DNA of 32,000 nt from Breznakia blatticola (GTDB lineage Bacteria; Bacillota_I; Bacilli_A; Erysipelotrichales; Erysipelotrichaceae). The translations under genes and the position numbers were made by a program. Each line of letters opens with the position of its first letter. Position 1 is the first letter of the stretch. The stretch is from positions 112,588-144,587 of the forward strand of contig NZ_SODD01000001.1 of NCBI RefSeq assembly GCF_004365815.1. Reading direction: 5' to 3'. The notes under the pieces were generated by a model that searched no databases, was not told the origin of the DNA, and saw only the letters and a program-made list of their open reading frames with translations. Positions 25,724 to 32,000 of this stretch are shown here, piece after piece.

Positions 25724-26371
25724 CTAATTCATTCCCAGTAGGCTTTTTAGTGTACCTACTGAAGAATTTAAGACAGCGATAAACAATCCATCATTTGGTT
25801 GAAGAATCGTTCCACTAGTTGGTAAGAAAGCATCGTTGTTGCGCTCAATTGAGACAACGCGCACTTCTCCAAGGCGATTGATTTCTTCAATGGTTTTTCC
25901 AACAAGCAATGCTGGTACATCCACTCTCACTAATTCAACACCACCACCAAGTGACATGATGCCATCAAGTTGAGTGTATGTGATAATCTCACTAGCTCTT
26001 GCGATTCCCCAATCTGTTGTAGAAATGGTTTGTACACCTAACATTGAGTAAATCTTTGCTTTGTCGCGGTCATATAACCGCGCAATAACATGTGGAACAC
26101 GATAGATGTTCTTTGAAATTCTTGCAATTAGTGCATTGGTTTCATCGGAATTGGTACAACTGATTAATGCATCACTTCTTTCAATTCCTGCTTGTTCTAA
26201 TACCTTTTTATCAAACCCCAATCCATTAACTGCCGTGAATGCACTTGTTTTTGCAAGTTTTTCTAATACTTCTTGGTTGGTGTCAATCAAGGTAATTTTG
26301 TGGCCTTCTAAAGAAAGTTTTTGGCATAATCCGCTTCCCATTCTTCCGCCACCGACGATAATGATATTCAT
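25724..26371 (-). CDS. TrkA/KtrA-type RCK protein (TrkA_N + TrkA_C), copy 1
   Basis: MNIIIVGGGRMGSGL is the Rossmann loop, and the C-terminal part contains VVSIERNNDAFLPTSGTILQPNDGLFI. Its ATG directly abuts the ATPase stop codon (TAAATG). Confidence 0.8.
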   Translation of the reverse strand: MNIIIVGGGRMGSGLCQKLSLEGHKITLIDTNQEVLEKLAKTSAFTAVNGLGFDKKVLEQAGIERSDALISCTNSDETNALIARISKNIYRVPHVIARLYDRDKAKIYSMLGVQTISTTDWGIARASEIITYTQLDGIMSLGGGVELVRVDVPALLVGKTIEEINRLGEVRVVSIERNNDAFLPTSGTILQPNDGLFIAVLNSSVGTLKSLLGMN

Positions 26372-29188
26372 TTACTTCACCCCTTTGCTTGATGATTTTT
26401 GTTTCGCAATTTCTTTTCCATACATGATTTTCTTACGTAATTCTTCAAGTGCTACAACTGGAATTGGAATAAGTGCCAATATAATCCATTGCGTTAAACC
26501 AAGAGGTCCTGTATTAAAGACATCTTGTAAGAATGGCACATACATCAATAATGCAAGAAGCACGATTTCAAAGACAATTCCAAATACGATTTTTTTATTT
26601 GAGAATAAACCAACGGTAAATACCGAACGTTTATTTGTTCGACAGTTAATAACTGCTCCAATTTGACAGAACACAATTGCTGCTAGTGTCATTGTTGTTG
26701 CTTCCTTATAAACAGCTCCACTACTAGCAAGTGGCACATTTGGCCAACCATTTGCAATATTAATTAAGAAATATCCTGCCATTGAAATTACTGCCGCAAT
26801 CAATCCATACCATAAGAATGCTTTGATGATTAGAGATTTCGACAACAAGCGATCTGATTTCTTACGCGGTGGTTGATCCATAATTCCTTCTTCAGGAAGT
26901 TCTGTTCCTAGACCAAGAGCAGGTAGCATATCTGTACCAAGGTCAATTGCAAGAATTTGCATAACTGTTAATGGAAGTGGAATGAGTCCACCAGAGAATA
27001 AGAATGCTGCACTAGGCACCGCTTCTGCCATATTTGAGTTTAATATATACAGTAAGAAACGACGAATGTTTGCATATACTGCACGTCCTTCTTCTACTGC
27101 TTTTACAATACTTGCAAAGTTGTCATCTGTAAGAATCATATCTGCAGCTTCTTTGGCAACATCGGTTCCCGTGATCCCCATGGCAACCCCGATGTCTGCC
27201 TTTTTCAGTGCTGGTGAATCATTTACTCCATCTCCTGTAACGGCAACCGTTTCACCCATTTCTTGGAGCATGCTCACAACACGATATTTTTGTTCTGGTG
27301 CAACTCTGGCAAAGATAATTTCATCTTTTAGCGCTTGCTTTAATTCATCATCTTCCATGCTTTCTAGTTCCATTCCAGAAACTACACGTGGATTTTCACC
27401 TTTTACAATACCAATTCGTTTGGCAATACTTTCAGCAGTCAATCCATAGTCACCTGTCACCATGACAATACGAATACTTGCCTTGTGACATAGTTCAACA
27501 GCTGCTGCTACTTCTGGACGTGGTGGGTCAAGCATAACAACTAGCCCAACAAAGACCATATCTTGTTCGATAATCTCTGGTGTATAAGCACTCATTTGTA
27601 CTGGCACATTACTATCCTTTGTAATTGGACGATAACTTAATGCCAACACACGTAATCCATTACGCGCATACGTGTCATTTGCTTCCATGATTTTTGTTCG
27701 ATATACTTCGCTCATTTCCACTTTTTGACCATCAACGATAATATGTGTAGATAGTTCCATCACTTCTTTTGGTGCACCTTTTATAAATGCAATTCGTTTA
27801 CTACCATCTACTTCTTGATGCATTTGATGAATCGTTGTCATGCGTTTACGACGAGAATCAAATGGTAACTCACGAACTCTTGGAGCTTCCTGTGCAAGCT
27901 GTGTTAAGTCAATTTTCGCTTTCTGAGCAACGACACCTAAACATGCTTCCGTTGGATCTCCTAACACGGTATAACGATCATTATCTTCATTTGGTGGCAC
28001 AATTCTTGCATTGCTACATAGCGCCATCCCACGTAATAATAAATCTAAGTCTTTATCATCTTTGTATGTTACAGCTTTTCCATCAAGTTCGACACTTCCT
28101 TCACTTGAGTAACCCAAGCCTGTAACTTTATATTCTTTATTTGGTAACCAAATATCACTTACTGTCATTTCGTTTTGTGTTAGTGTTCCTGTTTTATCCG
28201 AACAGATAACACTCGTACTACCTAGCGTTTCAACGGCACTTAGTTTTTTAACCAAAGCATGTTCTTTTGCCATACGTTGTACAGCCATCGCTAGAGATAG
28301 TGTAACTGTTGGCAATAAACCTTCTGGAATAAAGGCAACCATCATTCCTAAGGCGAAAATGAAACTTTTCGCTACTGGGTCATGTACAAATACAATCGCT
28401 GCAATAAAGAAGAATAATCCAATTCCTGCTGCAATCATTGAAATTTGACGGGTTAAACGGTCCAATTCTTTTTGTAGTGGACTTGATTCAACTTCCATGT
28501 TTTGCGTTAAATTGGCAATCTTACCAAATTCGGTATTCATTCCAATTGCAGTAACAACTGCTTTTCCAGAACCACTTGAAACACTTGTACCAGCAAAGAT
28601 TAAATTTGGATATTCAAAGCGAGTTAAATCATCTTTTAATACCGCATCACTTTGCTTATGTACAGGATTACTTTCTCCTGTTAAGGCACTTTGATTCGCT
28701 TGAAAATCTGAAGTTTCAACAAGACGTGCATCTGCACTAATCTTATCTCCTTCTTCGACAAGCATCACATCTCCAGGCAATAACTCTTCTGTTAGGATTT
28801 GTTGTTCTTGTCCATCACGAATCACACGTGCATATGAAGGCAACATTTTCTTCAATGCATCTGTTGCTTTTCCAGCTTGGAATTCTTGCCAGAAACTAAA
28901 CAATCCATTGATGACATTAACTAGCCAAATCGCTATACCTAATTCTGGCATTTCGGCAATAATCGCAACGATACCACCAAACCAAAGTAGAATTGCCATC
29001 ATCGAAGTAAAGTGACCTAGAAACAATTTCCAAGTGGGCTCCCCTTTAACTTCTTCAATTTCATTCTTTCCATAGGTAGCACGTAAACGATCAAGTTCAT
29101 CACTTGAAAGTCCTTGGGGCTTGCTACCAAGTTGTTCATAAACTTCTTGAGGGGGAAGTTTATAAATCTGCAAATTTTTCTTCTCCAT
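26372..29188 (-). CDS. P2-type cation-transporting P-type ATPase with Na,K/H,K-ATPase-like (P2C-like) M4/M6 motifs
   Basis: Contains CSDKTGTLTQNEM (phosphorylation site), TGES, MVTGD, TGDGVNDSPALKKADIGVAMG, M4 AFIPEGLLPTVT, M5 YILNSNMAE and M6 ILAIDLGTDMLPALGLG. The ATG at 29188 follows GGAAAGG by 5 nt, whereas the ORF-track start at 29203 has no SD. Confidence 0.9.
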   Translation of the reverse strand: MEKKNLQIYKLPPQEVYEQLGSKPQGLSSDELDRLRATYGKNEIEEVKGEPTWKLFLGHFTSMMAILLWFGGIVAIIAEMPELGIAIWLVNVINGLFSFWQEFQAGKATDALKKMLPSYARVIRDGQEQQILTEELLPGDVMLVEEGDKISADARLVETSDFQANQSALTGESNPVHKQSDAVLKDDLTRFEYPNLIFAGTSVSSGSGKAVVTAIGMNTEFGKIANLTQNMEVESSPLQKELDRLTRQISMIAAGIGLFFFIAAIVFVHDPVAKSFIFALGMMVAFIPEGLLPTVTLSLAMAVQRMAKEHALVKKLSAVETLGSTSVICSDKTGTLTQNEMTVSDIWLPNKEYKVTGLGYSSEGSVELDGKAVTYKDDKDLDLLLRGMALCSNARIVPPNEDNDRYTVLGDPTEACLGVVAQKAKIDLTQLAQEAPRVRELPFDSRRKRMTTIHQMHQEVDGSKRIAFIKGAPKEVMELSTHIIVDGQKVEMSEVYRTKIMEANDTYARNGLRVLALSYRPITKDSNVPVQMSAYTPEIIEQDMVFVGLVVMLDPPRPEVAAAVELCHKASIRIVMVTGDYGLTAESIAKRIGIVKGENPRVVSGMELESMEDDELKQALKDEIIFARVAPEQKYRVVSMLQEMGETVAVTGDGVNDSPALKKADIGVAMGITGTDVAKEAADMILTDDNFASIVKAVEEGRAVYANIRRFLLYILNSNMAEAVPSAAFLFSGGLIPLPLTVMQILAIDLGTDMLPALGLGTELPEEGIMDQPPRKKSDRLLSKSLIIKAFLWYGLIAAVISMAGYFLINIANGWPNVPLASSGAVYKEATTMTLAAIVFCQIGAVINCRTNKRSVFTVGLFSNKKIVFGIVFEIVLLALLMYVPFLQDVFNTGPLGLTQWIILALIPIPVVALEELRKKIMYGKEIAKQKSSSKGVK

Positions 29189-29299
29189 AATTACCTTTCC
29201 CATAACATTCTAACAAATGTAAATATGAATGGACCTAAAAATCCATAAGCACAATCATACTCTTTTCTTCCTATAAATCAATACTAAACTTTAATGAAT

Positions 29300-29328
29300 T
29301 TTATAGCAATTATGATACTTCATTTGAA
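29300..29328 (-). promoter_or_regulatory. Candidate promoter of the ATPase-RCK operon
   Basis: The minus strand reads TTCAAA (29328-29323), 17 nt, TATAAA (29305-29300), immediately downstream of the 11-bp repeats. An alternative TTGATT-16-TATGAT lies at 29281-29254. Confidence 0.3.
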
Positions 29329-29329
29329 T

Positions 29330-29362
29330 GTTAAGATTCGGTTAAAATACGGTTAAAAATCG
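29330..29362. repeat. Three head-to-tail 11-bp direct repeats (candidate regulator-binding array)
   Basis: The plus strand reads GTTAAGATTCG GTTAAAATACG GTTAAAAATCG with no spacer, so the period is one helical turn. Confidence 0.6.
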
Positions 29363-29429
29363 CTTATTTTCCCCTTATTATTTACGAAAGTATATGAGAG
29401 AAATATAAAACTTATATGGCTATTGTTGA

Positions 29430-30071
29430 CTAGTAAATCGTGAATTCACTAAGATGATAATCAATGATTCCTTCATCACGCATCTTGGATAATTCCGCAC
29501 TCAATGCCGAACGATCGACGGATAAATAATCTGCGAGTTCATTTCGATTGAATGGAATACTAAAACGATAGTTTCTTTGTTGCTGGGCTTGCATTGATAG
29601 AAATGCAAGTACCTTATCACGTATTTTACGTTTACTTAAAATATCCATCTTTTGTGACATAAAGACATTTTTGCTGGAAAGGATATACATCATATTTTTC
29701 ATCAGTTGCGGATACCGAACACCAAAGTCAATAAACTGTTCCCCAGTAATAAATAAGATATCACTATCTTTATGTGCGACAACATTTACAGGCAATTCTT
29801 CTACCCGAGAAAAGGCGAAGGACTCACAAAAAATCTCACCTTTTCCTAATACATTGACAATACTACGATTTCCCCAGTAATCCAATTTTGAAACGGTTAC
29901 ATTCCCTTTTAAAATAAAACCAATTGCATACTGCGATTCTCCCATCGCAAATACAGTCTGCTCACGGTCGTATGTCTTACGATGCAAACTTTCTAAGATT
30001 ACTTGTACTTCTGAATTTTTTAATCCCTTGAATAAAGGATGTGCATAAATCATTTGAAATATTTTATTCAT
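29430..30071 (-). CDS. Crp/Fnr-family transcriptional regulator
   Basis: An N-terminal cNMP-binding beta-roll (GESQYAIGFILKGNVTVSKLDYWGNRSIVNVLGKGEIFCESFAF) is joined to a C-terminal HTH (FNRNELADYLSVDRSALSAELSKMRDEGII). It has no N-terminal Cys cluster. Confidence 0.85.
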   Translation of the reverse strand: MNKIFQMIYAHPLFKGLKNSEVQVILESLHRKTYDREQTVFAMGESQYAIGFILKGNVTVSKLDYWGNRSIVNVLGKGEIFCESFAFSRVEELPVNVVAHKDSDILFITGEQFIDFGVRYPQLMKNMMYILSSKNVFMSQKMDILSKRKIRDKVLAFLSMQAQQQRNYRFSIPFNRNELADYLSVDRSALSAELSKMRDEGIIDYHLSEFTIY

Positions 30072-30084
30072 AAACTACCCCATC

Positions 30085-30100
30085 TGTTGTAAAAACAACA
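30085..30100. promoter_or_regulatory. Palindromic candidate Crp/Fnr-type operator in the divergent intergenic region
   Basis: TGTTGT-AAAA-ACAACA has perfect 6-4-6 inverted arms. Its centre lies about 37-40 bp upstream of the likely TSS following the TATAGT -10 element (30117-30122) of the Fe-S/cupin operon, and 14 bp upstream of the crp-like start codon. Confidence 0.4.
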
Positions 30101-30165
30101 TACTTCTTAAACTCACTATAGTATTCTATCATTACAAAGTCAAACGACGTAAAGGAGAAATTCAA

Positions 30166-30906
30166 TTGAAACGTAACATAGTAACGATAAATGAAGATTT
30201 ATGTAATGGGTGTGCTGCATGTGCAGTTGCCTGTCACGAAGGTGCCATTGCAATGATTAATGGAAAAGCCAAACTAATCAAAGAAGACTATTGTGATGGA
30301 CTTGGTGATTGTTTACCAAGTTGTCCAACCGGTGCAATTACCATTGAAGAAAAAGATGTAGAAGCTTATGACCAACAAGCCGTTGATATCCATGTGAAAG
30401 CGATGGCAGAAAAAGGAAATCCACATCATACGAATGTCGAAGTTCCAATACATGCGCATGCACATAGCGGATGTCCAGGTTCTATGGCAAGAAGTTTGCA
30501 ACCACAAGCAAAGACTCAAGAAAACACACAAGTAAGCAGTCAAAGTCAATTAAGACAGTGGCCAATTCAAATCAAATTAGCTCCTGTGAGTGCACCATAT
30601 TTTGAAGATGCAAATCTACTAATTGCAGCAGACTGTACAGCATATGCATATGCAAGATTTCATGAAGACTTTATTAAGAATTCCATTTGTATTATCGGTT
30701 GTCCAAAATTAGATGAAGGTGACTATACTGAGAAACTCGAGCAAATCATTGTGCAAAACAATATAAAGAGTGTCACAATTGTACGTATGGAAGTACCATG
30801 TTGTGGTGGGCTTGAACAAGCCGCAAAACATGCACTACAAAACAGTGGAAAGTTTATTCCATGGCAAGTAAAAACCATCAGTATCGATGGCAAAATCATA
30901 GATTAG
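30166..30906 (+). CDS. Iron-sulfur protein: N-terminal 2x[4Fe-4S] ferredoxin domain + His-rich linker + Cys-containing C-terminal domain
   Basis: Two cluster motifs are present, CNGCAACAVACHEGAI and CDGLGDCLPSCPTGAI. The linker reads HHTNVEVPIHAHAHSGCPG, and the C-terminal domain contains ADCTAYAY, IGCPKLD and VPCCGG. The start is TTG, with GGAG 8 nt upstream. Confidence 0.75.
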   Translation: MKRNIVTINEDLCNGCAACAVACHEGAIAMINGKAKLIKEDYCDGLGDCLPSCPTGAITIEEKDVEAYDQQAVDIHVKAMAEKGNPHHTNVEVPIHAHAHSGCPGSMARSLQPQAKTQENTQVSSQSQLRQWPIQIKLAPVSAPYFEDANLLIAADCTAYAYARFHEDFIKNSICIIGCPKLDEGDYTEKLEQIIVQNNIKSVTIVRMEVPCCGGLEQAAKHALQNSGKFIPWQVKTISIDGKIID

Positions 30907-30918
30907 AAAGGAGCTATC

Positions 30919-31254
30919 ATGAATAAAGTTGTAAAGAATATCACACCAAGTGAAGTTATGGAACTAAAAGATTTAGTGAATGCGAATCCTGGAGAAGTCG
31001 TAAGTAAAATCATCGTCCAAAATGATAAAGTATCGATGACATTGTTTGCATTTGCCCAAGGTGAAGAAATTGGAGCACATACCTCAAAAGGGGATGCCCT
31101 TGTTACTGTACTAGAAGGAAGTGCGATTATTACTATCGACAATGTAGAACATACTGTATCTACGAATCAAAGCATTTTAATGCCTGCAGACATCTTACAT
31201 GCACTGTATGCTAAAGAACCGTTTAAAATGCAACTTACCCAAATGTTTGAATAA
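30919..31254 (+). CDS. Cupin-domain small protein
   Basis: A 111-aa protein with the G(X)5H-type motif QGEEIGAHTSKGDALVTVLEG and a second beta-barrel motif at MPADILHAL. AAGGAG lies 7 nt upstream. Confidence 0.7.
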   Translation: MNKVVKNITPSEVMELKDLVNANPGEVVSKIIVQNDKVSMTLFAFAQGEEIGAHTSKGDALVTVLEGSAIITIDNVEHTVSTNQSILMPADILHALYAKEPFKMQLTQMFE

Positions 31255-31260
31255 TGCAAA

Positions 31261-31287
31261 GCGACCGATTTCACGGTCGCCTTTTTT
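31261..31287. terminator. Bidirectional rho-independent terminator
   Basis: The GC-rich 7-bp stem GCGACCG/CGGTCGC (loop ATTTCA) is followed by CTTTTTT and preceded by an A-rich stretch. It lies between the convergent cupin and kinase genes. Confidence 0.8.
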
Positions 31288-31894
31288 ATAGATTTTGACT
31301 AAATGTATCAAGTTGCGCTTGTGTTGCTAATACACTAAGTGCTCCTTTTTGCGTTACGGTATATGCTGCATACAAATTTGCAAAATCCGCAAATTCTTTT
31401 AGTAGTAAGTCATCTACTACTTCGATGTTCTCTACATTTGCTTCAAGTAGTTTGTACAAGAAAGCTCCAATAAAAGAATCACCAGCTCCTGTCGTATCAA
31501 CTGCTGTTACTTTTACTCCTTTCGATGTAATGCATGTATTCTTACGATATATACTTGCGCCTTCTTCTCCACCTGTAATAATTAATAATTTACAACGATA
31601 CGCAAATAATAGTTGCTTGATTTCTTCAATCTTCATTTCATCAAATAAAAATTCAAGTTCATCTTGTGAAATCTTCACAATATCAGCGTATTGCAAATAT
31701 TCATGAACTACGTTTTTCAACGCAACTAAATCGTCCCATAAAGAAAACCTTAGGTTTGGATCAAAACTAACAAGAATATTTTGTTGGATTGCTTTTTTTA
31801 TTACATATGTATGTGCATCTTTCATTTCACTATCTACAAGTGAAACCGAACAAAAATGTACAACTCCACAATCTTCTAGAGTCTTATTTGTCAC
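31286..31894 (-). CDS. PfkB-family sugar kinase (fructokinase-like), C-terminal ~2/3 only; probably interrupted or truncated
   Basis: VSFDPNLRFSLW, the VDTTGAGDSFIGAFLY catalytic/anion-hole motif and TQKGALS are visible. The ORF begins at a GTG with no SD and lacks the ~110 N-terminal residues expected for this family. Confidence 0.7.
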   Translation of the reverse strand: MTNKTLEDCGVVHFCSVSLVDSEMKDAHTYVIKKAIQQNILVSFDPNLRFSLWDDLVALKNVVHEYLQYADIVKISQDELEFLFDEMKIEEIKQLLFAYRCKLLIITGGEEGASIYRKNTCITSKGVKVTAVDTTGAGDSFIGAFLYKLLEANVENIEVVDDLLLKEFADFANLYAAYTVTQKGALSVLATQAQLDTFSQNL

Positions 31895-32000
31895 ATATGA
31901 TGGTTGGCTTAATTCAACCAGTGCATACCAAGTCTCGATAAATCACTGATAAGTACTGAATAATTTATGTGTCTTTAAAGCATTTCTTGTGATGGTAAAA

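Noticed and set aside
26106-28694. Plus-strand ORFs of 65-186 aa (26106-26666, 26982-27449, 27787-28125, 28497-28694) lying opposite the TrkA and ATPase genes.
   Set aside because: They lie wholly antisense to strongly supported genes. Their composition is low-complexity (Ser/Phe/Ile-rich) with no SD and no motifs, so they are shadow ORFs. The same reasoning applies to 2768-3082, 3623-3919, 5294-5512, 7210-7527, 17430-17744, 18315-18605, 18942-19232, 19666-19983, 20298-20780, 20983-21306, 22512-22730 and 31425-31706.
29204-29429. A c-di-AMP (ydaO/kimA-type) or other riboswitch in the leader of the ATPase-RCK operon, as is common for K+ transport genes in Bacillota.
   Set aside because: The leader is short and extremely AT-rich. 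It lacks the GC-rich conserved cores (ACGGGGA/CCCGA-type elements) and any pseudo-two-fold helices, and I found no convincing terminator/antiterminator alternative.
31943-31945. The in-frame TGA in the PfkB kinase read as Trp (genetic code 4) or as a selenocysteine codon.
   Set aside because: Many well-supported genes in this window terminate at TGA, including several ATGA coupled junctions (2558-2561, 4512-4515, 7708-7711), so TGA is a stop codon here. No SECIS-like hairpin is evident, and PfkB kinases are not selenoproteins.
1-32000. CRISPR arrays, rRNA genes, IS elements or transposases, and prophage genes.
   Set aside because: I saw no regularly spaced 25-40 bp repeats, no rRNA-like conserved stretches, no DDE/serine/tyrosine recombinase motifs in any long ORF, and no terminal inverted repeats flanking any gene block.

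Overview
AT-rich, low-GC Bacillota-type chromosomal segment; the taxon is inferred from gene content and codon style only. All family names below come from motifs I can read in the translations, because no BLAST or HMM search was possible. I support about 39 protein genes and one tRNA-Asp. I saw no rRNA, CRISPR array, transposase, integrase or phage genes.

Layout:
- 1-3.2 kb: a cell-envelope glycosylation operon (YfhO, GtrA, GT2, and a PIG-L/LmbE deacetylase with a signal-like N-terminus).
- 3.2-8.2 kb (minus strand): a translationally coupled pair of unknown proteins, a degenerate Fic-fold protein coupled to a histidine phosphatase, and an ECF sigma/anti-sigma pair.
- 8.2-13.1 kb: a gene-sparse, very AT-rich stretch abutting the 3' end of tRNA-Asp. 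It holds three orphan lipoproteins, a membrane protein with a wHTH regulator, probable gene remnants, and a self-contained small hydrophobic-peptide unit that looks like a type I toxin.
- 13.2-18 kb: housekeeping and accessory genes (Qnr-like pentapeptide protein, NTF2-like protein, polysaccharide deacetylase, Bcp, GNAT, MprF-type TM domain protein).
- 18.1-23.1 kb: an OmpR/HK two-component system divergent from a VTC (polyphosphate-polymerase-like), DUF4956 and beta-helix lipoprotein cluster.
- 23.2-25 kb: an aldo/keto reductase and a DUF2975/HTH pair.
- 25-29.4 kb: a P-type ATPase whose M4/M6 motifs resemble Na,K-ATPase, translationally coupled to two TrkA/RCK genes with no TrkH/KtrB. It is preceded by three phased 11-bp repeats. 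I consider this the most interesting candidate system.
- 29.4-32 kb: a Crp/Fnr regulator divergent from a 4Fe-4S/cupin operon, then a PfkB sugar kinase that appears interrupted by an in-frame TGA.
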